DNA of 64,000 nt from the NCBI GenBank assembly GCA_951406725.2, contig OX597823.1:32240001-32304000 (forward strand), given 5' to 3'. The translations under genes and the position numbers were made by a program. Under the pieces are notes generated by a model that searched no databases, was not told the origin of the DNA, and worked only from the letters and a program-made list of their open reading frames with translations. Origin of the DNA: Octopus vulgaris. Lineage: Eukaryota. Shown piece by piece: positions 40,201 to 53,431 of the stretch. The number at the start of each line of letters is the position of its first letter. Positions within the stretch are counted from its first letter, which is position 1.

Positions 40201-41951
40201 AATAGATACATAAATAAATACATACACACACATGCGTGCACATGCATGCATGCACACACACACATTCATATATATATATATAGTCCAACCCATGCTAGCA
40301 TGGAAAGCGGACGTTAAATGATGATGATGATATATATCATCATTGTTGTTACCATTATTACCATTTAACATCTGTTTTCCATGCTGGTATGGGTTGGATG
40401 GTTCCACAGGAACTGGTAAATCAGAAGACTGCACCAATCCCTGCTGTCTGCTTTGGCTTGGTTTCTATGGGACTGGATGCCCTTCCTAATGCCAAGCACT
40501 TTACAGAGTGTGGACTGGGTGCTTTTTATGTTGCACCATCACTAGTGAGGTCACCAAGTGACTTGCAAGACAAGACTCTCTCCCTCATCTAAAGGTGTGG
40601 GAGTAGTACTGAGAAATAGAAAAAGGTGTGGGAGTAGTACTGAGGAATAGAAAAAGGTGTGTTGCATTAGAGGGGAAACATGGCTATCTCAGTAGGAGAG
40701 GGAGTGGAGAGAGAAGGGAGAATGAGAGAGAGAGAGAGCGGTAGTGGTGATGGTGAGTGGATGAGTTCATGAGATTGCAAAAGGAGAGTGGTAGATGGAG
40801 GTGGGGATGTAATGAGAGAGCACAGGTAGAAGGAGAGGGTGTTGGATTGATATGTTGTGGAGAAGGTTTGTCAGAGAAGAGTTTGTGTATATAGTCACAA
40901 TGAGGATATTTAAACCTCTTATACGGATATTTATCCAAGATACATTGGTTTAATATATTAAATTTTGAAGAGATAATTCTTCAATGAATATATTATATAG
41001 AATATCATAAAATATCAAACATTATTATTAAATTAGAAAACAAAGAGATCTAATGGATACAAATTAATTTATTAATTAAGCAACATATTCACCAACAATT
41101 GTTTCATTTCACACACAAAATTAAAATTGCAAAACATATATAAATATATAATTTTGCATGGCCCCCGTGCCGGTGGCACGTAAATAGCACCATCCAATCG
41201 TCACCGTTGCCAGCCTCGTCTGGCCCCCGTGCCGGTGGCACGTAAAAAGCACCCACTACACTCACGGAGTGGTTGGCATTAGGAAGGGCATCCAGCCATA
41301 GAAACATTGCCAGATCAGACGGGGCCTGCTGCAGCCTCCTGGCTTCCCAGACCCCAGTCGAACCATCCAACTCATGCGAGCATGGAAAGCGGACGCTAAA
41401 TGATGATGATGATGATGATGTATTGAAAATCAGCAGAGGACATGGTACTTATATATAATGAGCTTATTGTGCACAGTGCTCAGGTGTACTTCAACAACAC
41501 ATCAGAAAAGGGTAGAAGAGATGACAAAAGCCTACAGTAAATCATGTACATGCATAGTACACACAATAAAAGACAAGGAGACAGAAAAGAGGAAGGGTGG
41601 ATAGGCACATCAGGAGTGGTGTAGGTGATTTCAGGAAGCATGGAATTTTTCAATGCTATATTAATGTGCTGACATCTAACAGTCAATGCAGGTGATTTAT
41701 TGCATGCTTCAACAATTCCAAGCAATGTATGTATGAGAGTTGTACCAAAGGTAATGCAAAAGGAGACAGCTTTTATATTAACTGACATAAGAAGTCATTG
41801 AGCTGGAAGAACTGTTGAGATGCCAGGGGAAATGCTTAGCGGCATTCTGTCCGTTTTTATGATCTGAACACAAATTCCACTGAGATTAAATTTGCCATTC
41901 ATCCTTTTGAGGTCAATAAAATAAGTACCAGTCAAGTGCTGGGGTTGATGT

Positions 41952-42348
41952 CAGCTCTGGATTAACCATTAAAGAAAATAAGCACATGCTTGGGGCATCA
42001 AGGGAAGGAGGGAGTACCACAGAAATGGTAAAGGGCTTACGGCACAAAAGAAATCACTTTAAACTTGCTAAAATAATATTTGGGATGCTTTTATCTCTAC
42101 TAAGTATAGATGCAGATGTGTTACTTAAGATTAATTTAGAAGATCAGATCAAAGATTTTGCAATTCAAAAAAGTAGGAAGAAACTTTTCAAATCTAAATG
42201 AAATGGAAGCATACCAAAATAAACATTATTTTCCCTCTTACCATTTTGTTTCGTTTTTATTGTTTATATTTTGAATTACATAATCTTTTATGGGGGCACC
42301 AAAATCTTTTAAGTGCTTAGGGCCTTGATGGGTCTTAAGCCAGCCCTG
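41952..42348 (+). mobile_element. Non-autonomous hAT DNA transposon with a transposase C-terminal remnant, inserted in a SINE
   Basis: Perfect 8-bp TSD GTTGATGT (41944-41951, 42349-42356) and TIRs CAGCTCTGGATTAA / CAGGGCTGGCTTAA. LSLLSIDADVLLKINLEDQIKDFAIQKSRK resembles the end of the hAT dimerisation domain. Confidence 0.88.
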
Positions 42349-43203
42349 GTTGATGTAATCAACTTCCCTCATCTCCTCAAAAACTGTTGGCCCTCAGTAA
42401 GTGACACAGGTTGTTGAAACTGCACATGTCCATAGAGTAAATCTTCATTTATGGTAACCCTGTTTTACTGTTCTTCATCATTGCAGACAAATAATGGATT
42501 CCAAGCCGAACAACTTACCATCATTGTTATGATTATTATGGTTATTATTGTGGTTGCTGTCATTGTTACTGTACTGCTTACTACTACTACCACTAGTACT
42601 ACTACTACTACTGCTGCTGCTACTGCTGCTGCTGTGCACAAACACCTTGGTTGCCTCTGCTGCAATGTAAGCAGTGACAGTTGGGAGACAAATATATCGA
42701 TCCCTGAAGACAAGTCAACATAAACCATCACCACTTTCACTTTTGCCTCCACCACTACAAATACTACCCTCACCATCCACCACCATCACACTCACAACTA
42801 TCACCACCACCACCACTTTCACCACAACCATCACAACTGTGGTATTGGTTGAGCAGGAGCTGTGATTATTTGGTGTGACTGTGTGCTGCTCCCAAATAAA
42901 CCAATCGCAATATTTAGATTTTATAAACATGTTTGTTTACAGATTGATGCTACAGCTGTTACTTAACATAAAGCTGTTAAGCTGAATTCCAATAGTTAGT
43001 GTGTAAGAATGCATGCTTGGTTAGAGGGTATCTTTTTACACAAGGTTGAAGCAACACAGCGGCCAGCTAACCAACAGAATCTCTATGGGTCCTCTTGCTC
43101 CTCTAGTTCTTCTGCCTTGTATTTCCTGCACAACTCAATTTATAACCATCATTTGGTATGAAATTATGTGGAATTTTCCATTAATCTTGTCACCATACTA
43201 GAG

Positions 43204-43376
43204 GCTAGAGGAGAAGGGTGTGTGGGGCTGGAGGAGAAGGGGCAGTAGAAGTTTTTAGCAGAAGAGAGATGATGAATTGAGACCATGAGGAACAGAGGAA
43301 TGAAGAGAGAAAATAAATTCCTGTTCTCAATGGAGGTGAGAGTCTGGGTGGCTTCTGTGCAAGGACAGTACAAATG
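43204..43376 (-). mobile_element. Penelope-like element endonuclease C-terminal remnant (copy 1)
   Basis: Near-duplicate of 44244-44432, with EQEFIFSLHSSVPHGLN on the minus strand. Confidence 0.65.
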
Positions 43377-43829
43377 TGTCAGAACAATGATTCGCTGAAA
43401 TATGGTCTTAGATCATCTGATAAGGACTGTCACTGCTGAATATGCAAACTTGATATGCTGTGGCTTTTCTCATTCCTGAACTGACAGGGTTTTGAATACT
43501 GAGTACTACAACCACTACTGTCACTACCCCCACCACTACTACTACCAAAACTACCATTATTAACATTACAATCATGCTCACTACCATCACAACCATCGCC
43601 ACACTCCATTACAACCACAACCACCACTCTCACCACCACACTACTGTCACAATTACAACCATCACCACACTAGCATTACAACCACAAAACCACCACTGTC
43701 ACCACCACACTACTGTCACAACTGCAACCATCACAACCACCACCACCACCACTCTACGGCACATAATCAGTTCATCACTATTTGCTTCTTCAATAAACTG
43801 TTGTTTGTAAATAAAGTTTGGTCCAAAAG

Positions 43830-44455
43830 CCAAGTGTGTGTGTGAGACACTGTTGTGTGCATGTGTGTTGTCTGTTTATGTGTGAATATTGTGTGTGTTT
43901 ATGCATGTGTGTGTATGTGAACGAGTGTGTGTTTCCCTGTTATCCAGTCAGTGTGTGTGTGTATGGGGCTGTTAGATAAAGTGTGTGTGTGTATATTGAG
44001 TTGGCATGTATGTGTATATTCTGTGTTTGTGTGTATGTGTGTGAGTGTGAGGCAATGTGGTGTATGTGTGTGTTGTGGGAGGATGTATTGAGCTGTGGGG
44101 TGGAATAGGAGTGATGGGAGGTAGGGGTTGGGAGGTGTGTGTGGAGTTGGAAGGTTTGGGTGTAGGTGTTTGTATATGCTATGGGGACATAATGCTGTGT
44201 GTGGTATGGGTTCTGAGTTTAATGGTGTAGAGAGGGTGTGTGCAGCTAGAGGAGAAGAGTGTGTGGGGCTGGAGGAGAAGGGGCAGTGGAAGTGGGAGGT
44301 GTGGGTAGATTTAGCAGAATAGAGAGGATGAATTGAAACCATGAGGAACAGAGGAATGAAGAGAGAAAATAAATTCCTGTTCTCAATGGAGGTGAGAGTC
44401 TGGGTGGCCTCTGTGCAAGGACAGTACAAATGCAGACAGATGTTGTAGTGAGTGT
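43830..44455 (-). mobile_element. Penelope-like element 3' remnant (GIY-YIG domain end + CA-rich tail)
   Basis: Minus strand reads HSLQHLSAFVLSLHRGHPDSHLH*EQEFIFSLHSSVPHGFN, which fits the PLE endonuclease terminal motif HS..L....L....RE..xI..L....P.GLN. Confidence 0.7.
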
Positions 44456-45160
44456 GTGTGTATATTGTATATGTACTGTGTATTTGTTTCTTTTTGTATC
44501 TGATATTTGTTATGTAGCTTCTATAAGAATGAAGCTGTACACCTTAATTTGTTATTTCAATATATGAAGACTGTTGTAAAGGTGTTCCTCCCACTGGTAT
44601 GATGTGTGACTGCCATTGTACTGTAGTTGCTGTTTTACACTAGTAGCCACAATAGTTGCTAGTCATCAGATACTGTTGTATCTCTTTGTACCTGGATAGT
44701 AACACACTAACTTTTTCTGTCTTACTATCCCTGATAGCTCCACAAGACACTGACTAAAACTGTCGACTTTCAACTCATCAACTCTCAACCCAGCTCTTGA
44801 TGACCATGGTATTTATAATGGCTGACTCCTACCACTTTTTAGTGAGAGTGCTATACAGTTTCACTATACAACAAAGACCAAGAAGACAACTTGCAAAACA
44901 TAGTTTATTTTAATGTGATACCTCTTGAAATACCCTGAGAAGACACAGCTACACTGAGGGAAACACCTAAACACCTAAACACATACATACACTCATTCAT
45001 ATAAGCAAACTCACACACACACAATCATATAAGGGAACACACACATGTTCAGTATTCCGCCTGCGAAAGATTGATGCTAAATGGGTTGAAACAGTTGTAG
45101 TGATCAATAAAGATTCTTGTATCTTCCATCTTCTATTTCTCTCATTAATCAGATATATAT

Positions 45161-45565
45161 AGGTGCAGGAGTGGGTGTGGTAAGTAGCTTGCTTACCAAC
45201 CACATGGTCTTGGATTCAGTCCCACTGCATGGAACCTGGTGCAAGTGTCTTCTACTATAGCCTCAAGCTGACCAAAGCCTTGTGAGTGGATTTGATAGAT
45301 GGAAACTGAAAGAAGCCCATCGTGTATGTGTATATATATATGTATATATATGTATGTGTGTGTGTATGTTTGTGTATCTGTATTTGTCCACCCACCATTG
45401 CTTGACAACCGATGCTGGTGTGTTTACATCCCCATCACTTAGCGGTTTGGCAAAAGACACAGATAGAATAAGTACTAGCTTACAAAGAATAAGCTCTGGG
45501 TCGATTTGCTTGACTAAAGGTGGTGCTCCAGCATGGCTGCAGTCAAATGACAGAAGCAAATAAAA
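45161..45565 (+). mobile_element. Full CORE-type SINE
   Basis: Head-linker-tail as in 6916-7300. Confidence 0.87.
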
Positions 45566-45722
45566 AAAATATAAATATATATATTCACACACACACACAC
45601 ATGCACACTCACACATGCACACACACTCACACAAACATATATAACCACATTATATATGTATGTGTTTATATATGCATGTATATATATGTACTTTCATGTA
45701 TACATGTGTTTATATATATGCA

Positions 45723-45786
<64 letters not shown>

Positions 45787-47599
45787 TATATACACACATG
45801 CATGTGTGTGTGTGTGTTTTCATCAGTTTCTTATTTTAAAACCCATCTTTCTCTGAGAAGAAATTATTATTCTGCATGTATATTTGACCAATTACTCCAC
45901 TGTCCACTCTGTTATCTTAGAAGTTATTGAAGTTGGTCAATCAAATATATTTGTCCAGTGTGATTACTTGGTCAATTACCTCAGTATCCACTCTGTTATC
46001 TCGTAGACTATTGAGACTGGTCAGTCAAATATATATTTGTTCAGTGTATTTGATCAATTAATTCAGTGTCCACTCTTTTATCTTAGAAACTGCTGAGATT
46101 CATTCAGCAGTCAAATAATTCTCTTTTTTTTTTTTTTCAATTGTTGTGGAGTAAAATTGCTATATTTTTTAATGTTGTTCTTCAACATTCTACTCTTTCC
46201 CTGACTAAATCATCTCCATGTTTACTACATGTTCCAGTTTATTTATTTAACAGGTCACATGCCAAGGTAGATTATTGGTTATACAGTAAACAAAATATAA
46301 AAATATATTCATACATGCAAGAGCATTTTATTCAGATGTTGATAGTAAAAGTAGTTAGCATTAGTTGTAGTTGTAAGCAATGACAGCTATAATGGTTAGC
46401 AATGACAGTTATAATGGCTATAATAATTCATACTAATGGCTATGATAGTATTGTTAGCTACTGCAAATTGTATTAAGTAGATGGGTGGGTTATAATAGTA
46501 TTGGTTGCTATAACAATTATTGATGGTTATATTATTTAGTGATAGTAGGTGAACTGTCAATCTTCCTCAAAAAATTCTTTCCCAGGTCTGCATATATATA
46601 TGTGCAGGGGCATTGATTGATTACTTTGACCAATGGAGACACTGTATGCACACATGTAATCATGTATGTATCTATGCATGCATTTAGGTATGTATGTATG
46701 TGTGTATGTGTGTGTGTGTGTGCTTTCCCTTAGGTTTATTTAAGTTCTCTTTCATGTCAGTCGCTAACAAATTGACAAAACCCGTTTTTTAGTTAAGGCA
46801 CTTGAATTAGTATGTGTATATATGTGGGTATATGCACCTGTACTTATGTTCTGTACAAACATGTCTCTTTTGTAATTATGCATGTGTGTGTGTGTGTGTA
46901 TGTGTGTGTGAGTGAGTGAGTAGTGTGTATACATCATTATTCTTTTTACATATTTCTTTGTAGATGCACGCAGCCAAATATGTGATATGTGCTTACATTC
47001 ATTTAAAGAATCGCAAATGGAAAATGTTGTATGTATGTATTTATCATCATCATCATCATCATCGTCATCATCATCATTTAGCATCTGTTTTCCATGCTGG
47101 CAGGAGTTGGATGGTCTGACAGGTGCTGGCGAGCCAGAGGACTGTACCAAGCTCCACTGTCTGTTTTGGCTTGATTTTTACTGCTGGATGCCCTTCCTAA
47201 TGCCAACCACTTTACCGAGTAGACTGTATGCTTTTTACACAGCACCAGCACTGGGCGAGGTCAGATTTGACATGGTTTTTACTGCAAAGCAAACCATACC
47301 ATAAAAACCATGCCAAAGCAGACCTCACCAGTGCTGGTGCTTCATATATATAGGTTTTGAAGATATTCTTTGTGAATATTCTTTCTCATTGATTTTTAAA
47401 GAAATATATACATCTGCAGGTCAGCTGATCTCTTGTACCTACAAACATATATGCATATGTATGCACATACATACATCCCGATGTATGTACATACAATTTC
47501 AGAAATCATCTGGCCTTCAGATATGAATATTTCTTTTAAAAATCAGTGACAAAGAGAATATTTAAAGCACAAACTTTAAAACCGATAGCTTCTCTTTTT

Positions 47600-48520
47600 A
47601 GATACTAAATTTACATTTATATGTTCATTATTTACAATGGAAGGATAGGTGTCCTCATCTTGTTTGCTGTTACCACAACATTTCAGCTGATGTACTCTCT
47701 GGTGGAATTTCAATCCCCAACCCTTCATTTGACTAAAGGGGTACTCTGTTCTCATTCCTAAGGTGTTCTTTTTTGCTGATGTTATTTTTTCTTTTTTTCT
47801 GTTGATATTCATCATCATTATCGTCATTGTCGTTTAAAGTTCATTTTCCATGCTGGCATGAGTTGGACGGTTTGACTGAGGAATTGTGAGCTAGAAGGCT
47901 GCACCAGGCTCAATCTGATCTGGCAAAGTTTCTACAGCTGGATACCCTTCCTAACGCCAACCACTCCAAGAGTGTAGTGAGTGTTTTTTACTTGCCACCA
48001 GTACGAAGGCCAGTCAGGTGGCTCTGGCAACGATCACACTCAAAAGGTGTTTTTTTACATGCTACCTGCATGGGAGCCAGTCCGGCAGCACTGGCAACGA
48101 CTACGCTCAAAAGGTGTTTTTCACATACCACCAGCACATATGTTGGTAAGGCATCACTGGCAACGATCATGCTTGAATGGTGCTTTTTACATTTCCCAGA
48201 ATCCGAGGATTAGTAGCCCATGCTCTTAGCCACTACACTATATGCCTGTAGGATTCTGAGTTCAATCCCAGGCAGGGACTCAGGAAATAATATCAACAGG
48301 AAAAAAAATAACATGAGCAAAAAAGAACACCTTAGGAATGAGAACAGAGTACCCCATTAGTCAAATAAAGGGTTGGGGATTGAAATTCCACCAGAACACC
48401 TGATGAAGGCCGGAGAGTAAATCAGTCAAAACATTGTGGAAACAACAAAAAAGGTGAGTGAGGACTCCTATCCATCCATTGTGAATAATGTACATAATTC
48501 CTCATCTCAAAAATATAGAT
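47600..48520. mobile_element. Head-to-head inverted pair of an HHR-SINE subfamily, left copy interrupted by an RTE tail
   Basis: 47620-47810 is reverse-complementary to 48290-48490. A minus-strand tRNA head lies at 48195-48247, and CTGATGA at 48400-48406. Confidence 0.8.
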
Positions 48521-49328
48521 TAGCATTTATACGTGTTGGTGGCACGTAAAAATCACCATCCGACTGTTGACGATGCCAGTTCCTCTGGCCCACCATCTGA
48601 ACGTGGCTGATGCCAGTGCTGCTTTGACTGGCTTCTGTGCCAGTGGCACATAAAAAGCACCATCCGATCGTGGTCGATTCCAGCTCCTCTGGGTCCTGTG
48701 CTGGTGGCACATAAAAAGCACCCACTACACTCTCAGAGTGGTTGTTATTAGGAAGGGCATCCAGCTGTAGAAACACTGCCAGATAAGATTGGGTCCTGGT
48801 GCAGCCTCCTGGTTTCCCAGACCCCAGTCGAACCGTCCATGGAAAACGATGATGATGTTGTTGTACAAGGGTGTGTTAATAAATATAATGCCAAAAAGCT
48901 AGGGTTTTCAAGCAAAAACTCTGACCAGCTAACTAGCACTTCGCAAATACAATCTGCCAGCAAAATGGCAAAAATTTCTTAAGTTCAAAATGTAAATCTT
49001 CAGTATTGTTATTATAAGAATTTAAGTAACAGAGTTTTGTTTCAAAGTAAGAAACCACATCATGCTGCATTGGAAGTTAGAACCTTATGGCATTGTTTGG
49101 CAGCTGCTGATCACAAGTAATATCTTACACAGGAATGTGACATAATGTGAAATTCTTGGCCACATCTGGGATACTGAATGATTTCAAAGTCTTCCTTTTT
49201 TTTTTGTTGATATAAGGAAGACATCATGATGATGATGATGATGATGAATTACGGAAATCAAGGGAACATATTAAAGGTCTTTACATGGAGAGACTTAAGG
49301 TTAAAAGAGTGGAAGAGAAAGAGGGGGA

Positions 49329-49362
<34 letters not shown>

Positions 49363-49446
49363 AAAAGGTTTATAGAAAATATACAAAATAAATGAGAGCA
49401 GAACAGTTGTGTGAGAGAGGAGAAATGTTACAATAACAGAAGAGTA

Positions 49447-49494
<48 letters not shown>

Positions 49495-49509
49495 TAAATA
49501 GAGGTAGAT

Positions 49510-49540
<31 letters not shown>

Positions 49541-49951
49541 TATGATGGATGGATATACAATGAAAGAGTGAGTGAGAGAAAATCAGAGGGAGAGAGAGGG
49601 AAAGAGAGAGACATAGAGAAGGGGTGAAGTAAAGAGGCAGATAAGAAAAGCAGAAGATGAGGGAGAGATAAACAGTGAAAAATGTCAGACAAACAGACAG
49701 ATGCAAAAATACAAGATGAGAGATGAAAAAGAATGAGAAAGACAGAAGAAAATGGAGAATGCATGTTGTAAAGGAATGTGAAGAATTAGAAGAATGACTC
49801 TGGAAGTGAGAACAATTGTCGTCTTTAAACTGAAGACTTTTCTTCAATGATGACCAAGTCTGTTAATAATGAGGTTTTGCTGGAAATGTAATGGAGCAAA
49901 GTGTCACTAATTTGGTGCACACTAACGCACTTTAACCTCACATGTTCACAC

Positions 49952-50365
49952 ATGCACACACACACACACACACACCTACACAAGCACACCTACACCTATA
50001 CACACACACACCTACACACACACCTATACACACACACTTATACACGCACACCTACACACACATCAACATACACACATACACACCTACACACACACACACC
50101 TAACACAAACCTACACACACACCTATACACACACACACCTATACACACACACCTACACACACATCTACATATATACTTACACACACATACACATCTACAC
50201 ACACCTACACATGCATCTAACACACACCTACACACATATACACTCATACACACACACCTACATACACACCTACATACACACACACCTACACACACACAAA
50301 CACACACACACACACACACATGCACACACACACACACACGCACGCACACACACGCACACACACAC
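49952..50365. repeat. Degenerate (CA)n / CACACCTA repeat
   Basis: Direct reading. Confidence 0.9.
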
Positions 50366-50462
50366 AGAAAAATACAGTAGATTCTGCTTAATTTCGTTAC
50401 CTCAGTTATTGAGATTCATATGCAATTAACTGAATTTGCATAATAAATAATAAATAACAAGA

Positions 50463-50571
50463 TACATTATTTACATTTGACGGATATTTGTCCTCATCTT
50501 GTTTGTTGTTAACACAACGTTTTGGCTGATATATCCTCCAGCCTTCATCAGGTGTCTTGGAGAAATTTTGA
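50463..50571 (-). mobile_element. HHR-SINE 3' fragment
   Basis: Minus strand GACAC-CTGATGA-A-GGCTG-GAGGATATAT-CAGCC-AAAACGTT-GTGTT (50511-50556). Confidence 0.85.
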
Positions 50572-50890
50572 ATGATGATGATGATATATATATATATATT
50601 GCATATGCACTATTAATTCTTTTCCTTTTTCATTTCCTCCCAATACATTCATAACAACAAGGTCTGATAGACGCACAATGTAATAACATGACTTTGATGC
50701 AAGTCTGAGGAAGTGCCTCGCCAATGCTCAAAACCACATACATCACATAATTTTTCTTTTAGAATTTTCGCATAAACTGGCTTTGCAAATGAAGATGGTA
50801 CAGAAAGATGTGTAACTTATAATTAAAGATATGTTAAAGAATTTTCTTTGTCTTCTTTTCATTGGTGTATATATATATATATATATATAT

Positions 50891-51085
50891 ATAGTGAGAA
50901 TTTACAAAAAAATGAAAGACAAAGACGGGTGTGTAAACAACAGACAGATACATTAGTTCAATGCTCAGGAAGTGAGAAAGTCTTTTACATTTCAAGCTTA
51001 TGCACTTCGACAGAAAGGAACACAGAAATAAACTGGCAGAGAAAATAGAAAAAGGCTTAGTGGCTAACGATCTATCATGGCGAAT
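50891..51085 (-). mobile_element. Short repeat family with an HHR-like motif (copy 1)
   Basis: Homologous to 57071-57266; flanked by (TA)n. Confidence 0.75.
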
Positions 51086-51135
51086 ATATATATGGGCTTT
51101 CTTACAGTTTCTGTTTACTAAATATATGTGCATGA

Positions 51136-51180
<45 letters not shown>

Positions 51181-53171
51181 TCTCTTTGTCTTGACATTGT
51201 GTGATAGCTGTAAATGAGTGCCACTGTCACACAGCAGTGCCCTTTGTTTCCCATCTTGCATGAAAACATGCCTGGCCATGGGGAAATATTACCGTTACTT
51301 GGAAACAGGAAGGACATCCAGCTGTAGAAAATCTGCCTCAACAAATTTCATCCAATCTATGCAAGCATGGAAAAGTGGACGTTAAAATGATGACAAAGTG
51401 ATGATGAATGCCTAAGTGTACTTACAGCCACAAGAATGGTAAGGGTTATAGTTTCATGTTTTTCCTTCGTATTTTTTTTTTTTTGTTATCACCATCCTTA
51501 TCGACAAAACAAAACAAAAAACATCAACCCTTGTAAACAGATCTATAAAAGACCCTAATCCTTGGAACTGCTGAGTCATCATGGCAATCAACAATGGGAT
51601 CAATGACCTGTTCCAATAACATTCTTCCTTTTTTGTCCATTGTCAATAGTATTTTTCTGAGTAGTCCCTTATCTTAGATTATACACCATACAAAGGCAGT
51701 GAGCTGGCAGAACCATTAGTATTCCTGACAAAATGCTCTGTAGCATGTCTTCTGGTTTTATATTCTGAACTCAAATTCCAACAAGGTCAGTTTTGCTTTT
51801 TATCCTTTCGAGGCCAATAAAATAAGTGCCAGTTGAGCACTAGGATGGATGTAATTAAGTAGTGTCTTCCTCCAAGACTTCCTTCCTCATGCCTAAAGCA
51901 GAAAGAAAATATTACACACCATATCGATATGAGCTTTGATCCAATCAGTGCAAGTGGACCAACCAAATGCAAGCATGGAAAAGTGCATGTTATGGTGGTG
52001 GTGGTGATGATGTTGAGGATGAGCTAGGTGACACAACAGGGTTGTGTATGGAGAATGTCAGGGAGAAACATGGAGAGAGGTTAAGAAAATTATGCGATAA
52101 GAGAATAAAAAATACAAATTTGATGCTGCTTTACTCAATGAGCATCCGATAACTGTTTGAAAGATTCTGTGAAAGTGAAAAAAAAATTGTTTTTATTGTA
52201 ATTTGATACAATTATTGTGTAAAATATATGAAAAGGTCAACTTGAGTTTACAATAGCATCAACTACAGTAAAAGGAATGACAACAACAATAACTGCAATA
52301 ATAGGAAGGAGAATAACATCAAAAATAATGGCAGCAATTACAACAACAACAATGAAAGGAAAGCAAGTGCAACAGAAAGAATAAGGAAAAAGTAACAAGG
52401 AGAAGATTAAAGATTTGAATTGAATAAAGAGTGAATAGTGATATGGGTAGGGAGACAGTGGGGAGAGAGAGAAGTGGAGGGGAAAGGGTAGAAGGAGGAG
52501 GAGGAGGAGGAAAAGAAGGGAAGGAGGAGGAGGAGAAGGAGAAGAAGAAGAAGAAGAAGAAGAAGAAGAAGAAGAAGAAGAAGAATGAGGAGGAGGAGAC
52601 AACAACAACTAGTAACAATTACTATAAAACCAAAGAGAAAGGGAGCTAAAAAGTGAAGAATGAGAGAAAAGTATTAATAGGAGGAAGAAATTGGAGGGAT
52701 TGCATACACACGCACACGCACACGCTATCCCCCTCATCATCATCATCACCATCATCCTCTTCATTTAATGTCTATGTTTCATGCTAGCATGGCTTGGATG
52801 ACTTGAAAGGATCCAATGTACCCAAAGTCTGCATTGTGCTCCAGTGTCTGCTTTGGCATGGTTTCTACAGCTGGACGCCTTTCCTAATGCCAACCAGATT
52901 ACAGCATGAATAGGGTACCTTTATTTTTTTTGTGTGTGGTGGGGTACCACCTGCAGTATTGAGGCTGCCATGCAGCTTGCAAGACTACAAACCCTAAGGG
53001 AGCAACTTTATGCTAGGAGATGAGGGGTAAAAGTACTAGACATACGTTATTGTACATAACAAATTTTTATTCAGCTCAACAGCTAATTGCAGCATCAGTG
53101 ACTTTGCAACCACTGTTTTTCTACATCAGTAACGATAGATTTTATCTTAGCATGCAGTTGCCAGTTGATTT

Positions 53172-53216
53172 TTACTACTGATGAAGCCCAAAGAGGTAGA
53201 AATGCACATCTAGCAA
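53172..53216 (+). ncRNA. Degenerate hammerhead ribozyme motif
   Basis: TTACTA-CTGATGA-AGCC CAAAGA GGTA-GAAA-TGCACATC-TAGCAA. Stem I pairs 5/6, while stems II and III look CpG-decayed. Confidence 0.5.
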
Positions 53217-53431
53217 TACTACTGGACAATTTTCATCTGCTACAAACATACATACATATATATATTTTTTAACACTATGTCTATAAGAGATATTATTTCA
53301 GGATGAATATTGCAGAAATTTCGTTTCCCATGACCTATCTGCATTTAGTATAATAATCGCATTGCTATTTTAAACTAACACTACTTCTGCTGCACATAAC
53401 AAATATTATGAGTGTGCATGTATATATATAT

